A DNA stretch of 64,000 nt, from the NCBI GenBank assembly GCA_044376115.1, contig JBILLK010000005.1, positions 64,001 through 128,000 on the forward strand, written 5' to 3'. The notes beneath the pieces were generated by a model that searched no databases, was not told the origin of the DNA, and was given only the letters and a program-made list of their open reading frames with translations. Below are positions 51,044 to 59,580 of the stretch, piece by piece. Position 1 is the first letter of the stretch; every line of letters starts with the position of its first letter. Source of the DNA: Polyangiaceae bacterium. Lineage in GTDB: Bacteria > Myxococcota_A > Polyangia > Polyangiales > Polyangiaceae. The translations under genes and the position numbers were made by a program.

Positions 51044-52420
51044 CTACGTCTTCGTGGCTTTGCCCCGTGAAGTAACTCCGTACTCACTAAGGCGATATTG
51101 AATTGTTCTGACGCTAATGCCTAAAAGATCTGCCGCTTTGGCAGTGGAACCGTCACACACTTCCAACGAAGCCAAGATGGCATACCGTTCAATCTCTGCC
51201 ATGGTTGATCCAGGGATCCTGACTGCGCCGCGGGCGACCGGGGCGATCTCCGTGGGGAGATCCTTGTCTTCGATCTGTTCCGAAGAAGAAAGAACAACCG
51301 CCCGCTCAATGGCATTCTCGAGCTCGCGTACGTTGCCGGGCCACCGATGGGCAAGAAGCTGTGCCCTCGCTGCATCAGAGAATGCTCGGATCTCTTTCCC
51401 GTTTTCGTCCGCATATCGACGTAAAAAGTGACTAGCGAGCAAGAGAATGTCCCCATCACGCACTCGCAGAGGTGGCATTTCAAGGTGCACTACTCGGAGC
51501 CGATAATAAAGGTCTTCGCGAAAACGCCCGGCCTCGACTTCGGCGATTAGGTTTTTGTTTGTCGCTGCCACGACCCTGACGTCCACATGGATGGTCTCGT
51601 TGCCGCCCACGCGTTCAAGGTTGCGTTCCTGAAGAACGCGCAGCAACTTGACTTGGGTAGAGAGTGATATCTCAGCGACTTCGTCGAGAAATAGCGTTCC
51701 GCCCTCGGCGAGCTCAAACTTGCCGATACGGCGTTTTTCGGCGCCCGTAAAGGAGCCACGCTCGTGTCCGAATAGCTCGCTCTCGAGAAGCGACTCGGTA
51801 AGCGCTGAGCAATTGAGTTGGACAAACGACTTTCCACGACGGGGGCTTAGCTCATGGAGTGCCCGAGCAAGCTCCCCTTTTCCGGTCCCGCTCTCCCCCG
51901 TGATCAACACCGTTGCGCGCGAGGGGCCCACTTTGCGAGCTACTTGATAGACCTTCTGCATCGCTGGGCTAGCACCTACCAACGCTCCAAGGCCAACTCC
52001 GCCATCCTCCCGGACCTGACGGCGGAGCGTTTCGGTTTCGGCTGTCAGCGCTGCGTGCGCGAGTGCTCGGCGAATAGCAAACCCGAGTACGTCGAAGTCG
52101 ATGGGCTTCGTGAGAAAGTCCTGGGCACCGGCCTTCATTGCTCGCACCGCCCCCGCGACTTCGCCGAAGGCCGTAACCACCAGGACTGGCATCTCTGGCC
52201 AGCGAGCTCGCAGCTTCTCCACCAACTCGATCCCGTCCATCCCCGGCATCCTCATGTCGGTGATGACGAGGTCTGGTGCCTCTTCATCCGCAAGCGCCAA
52301 CGCGCGAGGGCCATCGGGGGCACTAACCACCGAGTATCCCTCGTGGCGGAGGAGCTTCTCAAGTCCACTACGGGCGCTGGGCTCGTCGTCTACGACGAGG
52401 AGTTTGCTCTCTCTGCTCAT
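51044..52420 (-). CDS. Sigma54-dependent response regulator (NtrC-family enhancer-binding protein)
   Basis: REC domain (VVDDE, TDMRMP), [31 protein letters not shown], Fis-type HTH. Confidence 0.95.
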   Translation of the reverse strand: MSRESKLLVVDDEPSARSGLEKLLRHEGYSVVSAPDGPRALALADEEAPDLVITDMRMPGMDGIELVEKLRARWPEMPVLVVTAFGEVAGAVRAMKAGAQDFLTKPIDFDVLGFAIRRALAHAALTAETETLRRQVREDGGVGLGALVGASPAMQKVYQVARKVGPSRATVLITGESGTGKGELARALHELSPRRGKSFVQLNCSALTESLLESELFGHERGSFTGAEKRRIGKFELAEGGTLFLDEVAEISLSTQVKLLRVLQERNLERVGGNETIHVDVRVVAATNKNLIAEVEAGRFREDLYYRLRVVHLEMPPLRVRDGDILLLASHFLRRYADENGKEIRAFSDAARAQLLAHRWPGNVRELENAIERAVVLSSSEQIEDKDLPTEIAPVARGAVRIPGSTMAEIERYAILASLEVCDGSTAKAADLLGISVRTIQYRLSEYGVTSRGKATKT

Positions 52421-53655
52421 GTGGGCTCCGCGGCACGTAAGCGCACCGAGAAAACCGTGCGGCCCGGTCTGCTTACGAACCCGAGCGTTCCGTCGTGGTC
52501 ACTCACGATTCGATGGGCAATAGAAAGACCAAGGCCCGTTCCAGCGGCCTTTGTCGTGAAGAACGGATCAAAGATGGGCATGGATGAATCGGGAATTCCG
52601 ATCCCATCGTCCTCTACTTGGACCGCACAGGTCGTTGCATCCTTCATCGTCCTCACCACTACGCTACCGCCCTTCTCGCACGCGTCGATCGCATTCCGGA
52701 CGAGGTTCAACAGTACCTGTGTGAGTTTGTCGACGTCCGCATTGACCGTACCTAGCGGACCGACCGCAGAAATCGAGACGCCCTTCGTTGCGGCATCAGC
52801 GCTCATCGTCGCCACGACTCGATCCGAGAGTTCGCGTAGGTCGGCTGGACGCAACGAGAGAGGTTGCGGTCGCGCGAAGTCGAGGAACTCGGTGACTAAG
52901 TTCGACAGTCGGTGCACCTCACGCTTTGTCACCTGAATCGCTTCTACCAGCTCTTGGGTCGGCACCCGCTTGTTCTCGAGCCCGCGCTCAACCAGGGTAA
53001 GGTGGAGCTGCGCCCCGTTTAAGGGGTTGCGGATCTCGTGGGCGAGGCCTGCCGCCAGGGTGCCGATCGCGGCTAATCGGTCCGCTCTTCTGCTGGCCTG
53101 GACGCGTTCGGCTTCTTGCGCTCGGTGGAGCAGAGCCCAGAAATAACTATCGAGCATCGCCGCAAGCTCAAGGTCTAAGGCGCGGTTGACTGCGCTCATG
53201 GTGGCGTCAAACATCGCGCTATTGCTGGCCCGGATGACTCGAGCAAGCTCCAGCCGAATGACGTTCATGCCCGTCAGCATGTAACGCTGCGGTAGACCAA
53301 CGGCGACATGGACATGCCCGATCTTGCTGGTCTCAGCGAAGTAAGCCTCGTCGTACGGGCCCGAGAAAACTCTGCAAAGCCAGCGTTGAAGCGAGCCTTT
53401 TTGGCGTTCAATCTGCGCCTCGTCGCGGAAGACAGCGAGGGCGTCGGGATGTCTGCGAATCCGACGGTAGAACTCTGCCGCGATTTCCTCTGTGTTCTCG
53501 AGAACTACCGGCCGAATCTGGGCAAGTAGTTGTTCGTCCTCCGCGTCGAATCCAACGTAGCGACGGAGCTCCTCAAATCGCGATTCTCCCATAGATGCGT
53601 TCCGGTCCAACTCCTGAGCCAGCACAGAGCCGGTCCGTTTTTCTACGCCCTCCAT
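52417..53655 (-). CDS. Globin-coupled sensor histidine kinase (AfGcHK-like)
   Basis: Protoglobin-like EFYRRI and [25 protein letters not shown]1/F/G2 boxes. Alternative start at 53592. Confidence 0.9.
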   Translation of the reverse strand: MEGVEKRTGSVLAQELDRNASMGESRFEELRRYVGFDAEDEQLLAQIRPVVLENTEEIAAEFYRRIRRHPDALAVFRDEAQIERQKGSLQRWLCRVFSGPYDEAYFAETSKIGHVHVAVGLPQRYMLTGMNVIRLELARVIRASNSAMFDATMSAVNRALDLELAAMLDSYFWALLHRAQEAERVQASRRADRLAAIGTLAAGLAHEIRNPLNGAQLHLTLVERGLENKRVPTQELVEAIQVTKREVHRLSNLVTEFLDFARPQPLSLRPADLRELSDRVVATMSADAATKGVSISAVGPLGTVNADVDKLTQVLLNLVRNAIDACEKGGSVVVRTMKDATTCAVQVEDDGIGIPDSSMPIFDPFFTTKAAGTGLGLSIAHRIVSDHDGTLGFVSRPGRTVFSVRLRAAEPT

Positions 53656-53699
53656 TCGCCAGTTTGGACGCTTGGGTGAGCGTAGACACTCGCTCCTAC

Positions 53700-53715
53700 G
53701 CAATCCTTGTGCCTA
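53700..53715 (-). promoter_or_regulatory. Sigma54 promoter of the kinase-regulator-USP operon
   Basis: Minus strand TAGGCACAAGGATTGC. Confidence 0.75.
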
Positions 53716-53829
53716 GCAAGAGCGTACGGCCGACCGCTCTATTCATGTCCACGACGCGGCGGTTTCTGGGCTGTTTCGACGTTTGATGTGTTGAGGTCAA
53801 GGTGACAATCGAGCGCGGCCAACGGGCGG

Positions 53830-53863
53830 ACGCAAACATTGCGTTTGCATGCAGTGTTTGCGT
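53830..53863. promoter_or_regulatory. Tandem palindromic upstream activator sites (candidate)
   Basis: ACGCA-AACAT-TGCGT (53830-53844) and ATGCA-GTGTT-TGCGT (53849-53863), about 140-175 bp upstream of the predicted start site. Confidence 0.55.
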
Positions 53864-53900
53864 TAAGCCGCCTGTTGTTCGAGTTCACACCCTCAGCTCA

Positions 53901-54311
53901 TCATTTTGAAAGACGACTGTGCAAAAGGTCGGCAAGCGCCTGGCACACGTCCACGGTGGTGATGATGCCCACAATCTTGTTGTTTTGCTCAACAATCGCG
54001 GATCCGTATTTTTTGGAGGCCATCTCCCGAACGACCTCGTCGAGCGGCGCTTCAGGGCTGACTTTATAGGTCTGTGTGGACATCGCCTCTTCCACCTTCA
54101 AGACCTCTGGGTCCACGCCTTTGAGTCCCTCAACGAGCGCAATATCGCGCTCAGTGATCATCCCAACGAGATGCCCTCCAGAGAGAACGGGTAGGTGTCG
54201 AATGTGATGCTCCCGCATGATTGCCCTCGCGAACGCAATCGGCTGGTCCTGGCCAATCGAGTGGGGCGAGGTCGTCATGTACTTCTGCACGGTGGGAATC
54301 GCTTTGCTCAT
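53901..54311 (-). CDS. CBS-domain pair protein
   Basis: IRHLPV...LVGMITERD and IVGIITTVD. Confidence 0.92.
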   Translation of the reverse strand: MSKAIPTVQKYMTTSPHSIGQDQPIAFARAIMREHHIRHLPVLSGGHLVGMITERDIALVEGLKGVDPEVLKVEEAMSTQTYKVSPEAPLDEVVREMASKKYGSAIVEQNNKIVGIITTVDVCQALADLLHSRLSK

Positions 54312-54323
54312 GTCCTTGGGTTC

Positions 54324-54339
54324 GCAAGACTTGAGCCAG
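54324..54339 (-). promoter_or_regulatory. Sigma54 promoter of the CBS gene
   Basis: Minus strand CTGGCTCAAGTCTTGC, 12 nt before the ATG. Confidence 0.6.
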
Positions 54340-54396
54340 GCTTTCTGTGCGGAGATTTCCCTAATTCTACCTAAGGAATCGGCATATTCTTCGTTG

Positions 54397-54413
54397 GGCG
54401 CATTTACTGCGCC
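54397..54413. promoter_or_regulatory. Palindromic activator site (candidate)
   Basis: GGCGCA-TTTAC-TGCGCC; same CGCA-N5-TGCG core as the site at 53830. Confidence 0.5.
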
Positions 54414-54415
54414 GG

Positions 54416-55855
54416 CTATGTCGATGCCGGCAGCTCTACGATGAACAGCGCACCACCAAGTCGGCCCGTTGGGCCAAGGGTGATGCTTCCTTGGGCTCGT
54501 TCAATAATGCCCCGGCAAACCGCCAAGCCGAGCCCCGTCCCTTCCCCAACGTCTTTGGTGGTTGCGAAGGGCTCAAACAATCTTTCTCGGATCGCTTCAC
54601 TGACCCCCGCTCCGTCGTCTTCGACGATGAGCTGCACCCGCTGACCTTGTGCTGCCGCTTCGATGCGGATTCTCCGGCGTGCTGCGTCGCTCGCATTGAT
54701 GAGGAGGTTCAAAAGCACCTGTTGAAGGCGCTCACCCGCAAGCTTCACGCGAGGCAAGTCGTTCGGGACAGCGTTTTCGATGTGCAGGTCCTGGAGCTTG
54801 CGCTGCGGACGGAGCAGCGCGAGTACCGTTTCTACATTGCTCGCAACCTCGGTCGACTCGCCGATCCTGTTCGCGCTGTCTGGCGAGCCTTGCCCAGTTC
54901 GCGCGAAATCGAGAAGGTCGCGAAGCACTCGGTGCACGCGGTCTGTTTCCTTCTTCATGCGTTGCAGAAAATCTCGCTCCTCCTCGCGCTCGAGACCTCC
55001 GCTGAGAAGTAGCTCTTCAAAACCCAAGATCGCCGCAATCGGGTTACCGATCTCGTGCGCGATACCAGCTGCCAACCGGCCCACGCTAGCAAGTCTCTCT
55101 GCCCGCACTATGGACTCCTGCGCATCTCGAAGCTCACGGGTGATGCGCTCGAGTTCAGCAATCTTCGAGAGGAGCAACGCCTCTTTTGCCATTAGCCTGG
55201 CCAGCATTGTTTGCAAGCTATCGCTCAACTCGCCGAACTCTTTCGTGCGACTTGCTGGGATCTCGAACGTGTTGATTCCTCCGGCAATACGACTCGCTCC
55301 GCGCGAAATCGCTTCGATCGGCTGAACTACCAACCGTGTCATCGCGAAGTAGGCAAACACCAGCAAAGCAAGCGCGATCACTCCGGTGTAGAGCGCAACC
55401 AGCCGTACAAGAGGTGTCTCGGGGAGCTCAGTAGGATCGAGCTCGACTACCATCGCCACGCTCTCCGCACGCACTGGATTGCGAACCACGATTAGCAGCG
55501 CACTCCCCTCAAGCCCGGGCGTCCGAAGCGCAGCGTCTTCTGCAGAACTCACGTGTGTGGGCAGCAGCGCGAGTGTCCCGGCCCCAGTCGTCCGGTTACC
55601 CTCGCTGTCGAACATAGCGATCGCAGAAATGCCCCCTGCCGAGAGCTGGGCCCCCAGTTGCGACTCTGACACTCCTTTGCCAGAGTCGAATAACGAACTT
55701 GCCACGCTACGACCCAGATCTTGGGCCGCATCCATGCGCGCAGCGACGAGTGATGCCTCGGTTAGTCGAGCGACGGCCAGGTACAACGGCGCGAACGCAA
55801 CCAAGAGTAACGCCCCGAGCGCGGCCAAGATTTGTAGACGAACGCCAACTCGCAA
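54416..55855 (-). CDS. Membrane HAMP-domain sensor histidine kinase
   Basis: Two TMs, HAMP, AHEIGNP, NLLINA.DA, DDGAG, FEPFATTK..G.GTGLGL. Confidence 0.93.
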   Translation of the reverse strand: MRVGVRLQILAALGALLLVAFAPLYLAVARLTEASLVAARMDAAQDLGRSVASSLFDSGKGVSESQLGAQLSAGGISAIAMFDSEGNRTTGAGTLALLPTHVSSAEDAALRTPGLEGSALLIVVRNPVRAESVAMVVELDPTELPETPLVRLVALYTGVIALALLVFAYFAMTRLVVQPIEAISRGASRIAGGINTFEIPASRTKEFGELSDSLQTMLARLMAKEALLLSKIAELERITRELRDAQESIVRAERLASVGRLAAGIAHEIGNPIAAILGFEELLLSGGLEREEERDFLQRMKKETDRVHRVLRDLLDFARTGQGSPDSANRIGESTEVASNVETVLALLRPQRKLQDLHIENAVPNDLPRVKLAGERLQQVLLNLLINASDAARRRIRIEAAAQGQRVQLIVEDDGAGVSEAIRERLFEPFATTKDVGEGTGLGLAVCRGIIERAQGSITLGPTGRLGGALFIVELPAST

Positions 55856-55954
55856 GCCGACGAGTCTACGCGGGATGTGGGTTACGGTGGTTCCTAGTTC
55901 GCTCGAAAACTGGTCCCATTCGCGAGCCCTCTGCTACGCGCCGTGGTCCGTCCG

Positions 55955-58102
55955 ATGCGGCTCCTAGTCAGACTTTCCTTGGTATTTCGACGGGCTCTCT
56001 CGGGCCTTGCGCTTGTCGCTGCGCTCGTGGCGCTAGCCGGCGTCGTCGTGGCCGACGCGAGAAGTCCGCTACCGCTGGCGCTGGCATGGGCCTACGGCGT
56101 TCTTTTGGTCTTCCTCGCTGCGCGCCGCCTCGTGGAGCGTTTTCGTAAGTCGCTCGACGCAGGGGCTGAGGCTGAATTGGGCGCGTTGGCTATGTTGGGG
56201 GCCTACTTTGTCGTGGTCCGTGTTGACCGACACCTCGATTCCGACCTTTTCCCGCTGGTTTATCTTTGTTTGGCGTTGGCTAGTGCTTTCGGTCGAAAGA
56301 CGGGTCCTATCGCCGCCCTTCTTACTGGGCTTGTTTGCGAGGGCGCCATTAGGGTGGTGGCGTTTGGCGGAATAGGCCTCATTGACGGCATTCTTCACGC
56401 CTCATTCATGGTCGTCTTTACAGCATTGAACGCCGCGGTCCTGCGTACGGAGCTGGCGCGGATGCGCACGCTCTCGGAAGCCCGGCTAACCAGTGAGATG
56501 GACAACTTGCGAGCCGAGGCGCGGAGCTTTCGATTGCTCGCTCCCTCGGCACCACCCTCGCGTCCGAGTGAGGATGACAGGCTAATGCGCAGTGGCGTTG
56601 AAGAGATTCACCAGTCTGTCTTGTTTGCGCTGCGGTTGGTGAGAGACTCGCTCGGGCTCAATACAGCAATGCTGCTCTGGCAGAACGACGTGGGGTCGCA
56701 TTTGCGTATTAGCGAACTAGTCACGGACGAGCCCGACTTCGTCGAGGGCCCGTTTCTTTCCGGCGATGGCGTGTTCGGCGCCGCAATGTCCCGCGGAGAA
56801 ATCGTTAACCTGAGCGGCCTTCGACCAGGCTACAAGTTGCCCTATTACTCAGGGATATGTCCGGTAAAGGCGGTCTGCGTAATACCGGTACACGAGCATG
56901 GAAAAGTGCGCGGGCTGCTCGTTGCGGATCGCGTGCAGGAAGGTTTGTTCTTGCCGCGTGAGGAGGCCATCCTCGCGGAAGCTGCTCGCTATGCGGTTCG
57001 CGCGATCCACAACGAACGAGTGTTCTTGCAGTTGGAGCGCGGTAAGGCTGAGCAAGGGAAGCTCTATCGGGCGGCCGACCAGCTTTCCTCCGCAAAGACC
57101 GAAGAGAGCGTAATTGAAGTCGGTGTTGGAAGCGCGCGCGAGATTACCAGCGTTGACTACACCGCCCTAACCCTGTTTGACGAGAAAGAGCGTACTCACG
57201 AGATTCGCTTCATCAGTGGCGACTTCGATGAGGGAGACGGATCCGCCGTGGTCGGTGCGCGCTTTAGGTCCAATACTGGGCTCGTCTCGATGGCGCTCGA
57301 GAACCGGCACCCCTTGCCTTATCGCGGGCAATTCGACGACCGTAAGCAGGTTGTATTTACTCGTCATGTCACTCCACCCAAGATGCCCAGCATATTGGTG
57401 TTGCCGCTATCCGCTCATGACCGTCCTCTCGGCACTCTGGTGTTGGGATCTCGACGTCGCGGAGCCTTTGGCGAGAGCGTGAGAGCCACGTTAGAGGTGC
57501 TGGCAAGTCATATGGCAGTATCTCTCGAAGGCGCGCGTATGATGAAGCGGCTCGAGGAACTCGCAACAACTGACGGCCTCACTGGTCTCCTCAACAAGCG
57601 CGCCCTTCTTGAAATGGCCGAACAAAAGATAAGCGCCGCGCGTCGTTTTGGGCGTCATTTGGCTGTGCTCGTGACCGACATCGATCACTTCAAGAAGGTG
57701 AATGACAACTACGGGCACGACGTCGGCGACGTCATCATCAAAGGGCTGGGGGAAGTACTCCGACGCAATAAACGAGAGACCGACGCGGTTGCGCGCTTCG
57801 GCGGTGAAGAGTTCGTGGTGGTTTGCGAGGAGACCGATGAACGTGGCGCGATGCTCTTGGCTGAGCGCGTACGCGAGGAGCTTTCGCGGACGACGTTTAT
57901 CGCGGGTCCGGCGCCAGGCCAAGACGTGCAGCGGACGGTCACCGTGACCTGCTCCATTGGCGTGGCCACCTTCCCCGCCGCGGGACAGACTTGGGAAACG
58001 TTGTTCAAGGCAGCGGATACTGCGCTTTACGCGAGCAAACAGAACGGCCGCAATCGGACGACTTCAGCGGCGAATCTTGGGAAACCTGAGGCGGCGGCCT
58101 GA
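55955..58102 (+). CDS. Membrane diguanylate cyclase with two GAF domains
   Basis: N-terminal TMs; TDGLTGLLN, DIDHFK.VND.YGH..GD, I-site RETD, GGEEF. Confidence 0.93.
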   Translation: MRLLVRLSLVFRRALSGLALVAALVALAGVVVADARSPLPLALAWAYGVLLVFLAARRLVERFRKSLDAGAEAELGALAMLGAYFVVVRVDRHLDSDLFPLVYLCLALASAFGRKTGPIAALLTGLVCEGAIRVVAFGGIGLIDGILHASFMVVFTALNAAVLRTELARMRTLSEARLTSEMDNLRAEARSFRLLAPSAPPSRPSEDDRLMRSGVEEIHQSVLFALRLVRDSLGLNTAMLLWQNDVGSHLRISELVTDEPDFVEGPFLSGDGVFGAAMSRGEIVNLSGLRPGYKLPYYSGICPVKAVCVIPVHEHGKVRGLLVADRVQEGLFLPREEAILAEAARYAVRAIHNERVFLQLERGKAEQGKLYRAADQLSSAKTEESVIEVGVGSAREITSVDYTALTLFDEKERTHEIRFISGDFDEGDGSAVVGARFRSNTGLVSMALENRHPLPYRGQFDDRKQVVFTRHVTPPKMPSILVLPLSAHDRPLGTLVLGSRRRGAFGESVRATLEVLASHMAVSLEGARMMKRLEELATTDGLTGLLNKRALLEMAEQKISAARRFGRHLAVLVTDIDHFKKVNDNYGHDVGDVIIKGLGEVLRRNKRETDAVARFGGEEFVVVCEETDERGAMLLAERVREELSRTTFIAGPAPGQDVQRTVTVTCSIGVATFPAAGQTWETLFKAADTALYASKQNGRNRTTSAANLGKPEAAA

Positions 58103-58624
58103 GTGGCCTTCGACAATAGCCGCGCACGTGAGATCTGGCGGCTGGGGCCCAGCTCGCTCGCCACTCTTCTACAATCAGGTTACGCGATAGCGCCCGATGC
58201 TCTCGCTGGGAAGAGCTACCGGGGCGTTTCAATCGGACTGCCATCGATTCTCATTCGGTTGACCTGGCTCACGTTCCGCAAGCGGTTTTGGCGGGAGCGC
58301 AACGGTGAACTCTGGGGACACAATGAACGTCTTGAGCAAACAGGAGTCGACGGTCCGGCTGTTCCTCCTGCGGGCGGACCTACCGTTTTCGGACCGTTCG
58401 TGGTGACGCCTGCTGCGATAGTGAACCCATTCGCCGTTACCACTGGCGTCCTACTCGACTACGGTCTGCGCCACTCGGCGTGGCACCCCCTAGCGGCGGT
58501 GCGCGACCCTCTCGTTTCTTTGCGTAGCGGCGAAGCGGACCTTTTGCTCGGCGCCACCTACCTGCAGTTCCCCTGGGGGCAGTTCCGAACGCCAAGCTTC
58601 TTCACTCTTCAGCGCGAAGATTGA
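58103..58624 (+). CDS. Hypothetical protein
   Basis: Starts immediately after the cyclase stop; YRGVSIGLP, LLDYG, DPLV. Confidence 0.6.
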   Translation: MAFDNSRAREIWRLGPSSLATLLQSGYAIAPDALAGKSYRGVSIGLPSILIRLTWLTFRKRFWRERNGELWGHNERLEQTGVDGPAVPPAGGPTVFGPFVVTPAAIVNPFAVTTGVLLDYGLRHSAWHPLAAVRDPLVSLRSGEADLLLGATYLQFPWGQFRTPSFFTLQRED

Positions 58625-58679
58625 TGGAAATGCGGAGACCACCTTGCGTTGCTCAAGGCGCGGCGCAAAGCTACCTGCA

Positions 58680-59198
58680 GTGAAAGAAGACGACCCGAAT
58701 CACAAGGCCGCTCAGCGAGCGAAAGACTCACTTCAGCGTGGTGTGGCGGACATCTTCCGGGCTGCTGAGTCCGCCGCAACGGCGGTCAGGAACGAAGCCA
58801 AGAAGACGTTCGAGTCACCCCGGAAGTCCGGTTTTACGTCGCAGATCTCGAGTGCCCCCACCGCGCTTGGAAAGGCGGTTGATGACGCAGGTCGTGAGGT
58901 CGTGCGTGCGGCAGCAGAGGTCGCGACGTTCCTTGGTGCCGGGCTAACCTCTCTCGGCAAGCGAGCTGAGGGGGTCCTCAATAACGAGCCCGCCCACAAC
59001 ACAGCAGAGGAGGGCGCTGTACAAGCAGGTAGCAAAGACGGGGACGACAGCTGGCCTCGTTCACGTGAGGAGTACGAGCGCAAATACGGCAAGGACGGTG
59101 AGGATTGGCCGCGTTCGCGTGAGGAGTACGAGCGCAAATATGGCCGCCCGCCCCGCAAGCGCGGGGATGATGAGGACCCTGGATTCAGAATTGCCTAG
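58680..59198 (+). CDS. Hypothetical helical protein with a duplicated WPRSREEYERKYG motif
   Basis: Ala-rich amphipathic N-half, charged tail; start codon uncertain. Confidence 0.65.
   Translation: MKEDDPNHKAAQRAKDSLQRGVADIFRAAESAATAVRNEAKKTFESPRKSGFTSQISSAPTALGKAVDDAGREVVRAAAEVATFLGAGLTSLGKRAEGVLNNEPAHNTAEEGAVQAGSKDGDDSWPRSREEYERKYGKDGEDWPRSREEYERKYGRPPRKRGDDEDPGFRIA
59052..59144 (+). repeat. 39-bp direct repeat x2, period 54 bp
   Basis: tggcc(t/g)cgttc(a/g)cgtgaggagtacgagcgcaaata(c/t)ggc at 59052 and 59106. Confidence 0.9.
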
Positions 59199-59551
59199 TT
59201 GTGCAAGCTTGGACTTCGTGTGAAGGCTTCGTGTGTAAACGATGGTCTTCGTTTGCTCACGCCCGAGCCAGCTGGATCTCCTGGATCCAACGCCGCGTAG
59301 AGCTTTAGGATCTGCTCGATCCAGCGCGAAATGGCTGCTGCCACCACTTCATTAATGTTGTCAGCGTCGCACCTCGCACCGCCAACGTGGAAGGTTGACG
59401 AATTCGCGGACATAGTTGGGTGAGCATTGGTAGATCCATCTAACGCAACCACTTTGGCCCTCAAGGTTGCCGAGCTTGTCTGGATCCGGGCTGAGTGATC
59501 CGTTGGGCGAGTTTACGGCGCCCGAAGATGTTTTTTTACGCTGGTATTGTA

Positions 59552-59566
59552 TGGAACGCCGCGTGC
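59552..59566 (+). promoter_or_regulatory. Possible sigma54 promoter of the peptidoglycan hydrolase gene
   Basis: TGGAACGCCGCGTGC (GG-N10-GC), preceded by a T-tract, 14 nt before the ATG. Confidence 0.4.
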
Positions 59567-59580
59567 GTTGAAGCCTGACG

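Noticed and set aside
51854..52936. 360-aa plus-strand ORF
   Set aside because: Antisense to the response regulator and kinase; a typical high-GC shadow ORF.
59199..59550. ncRNA or small CDS (59195-59464, minus) in the long intergenic region
   Set aside because: No recognisable RNA family motif and no RBS or convincing protein features; more simply an upstream regulatory region.
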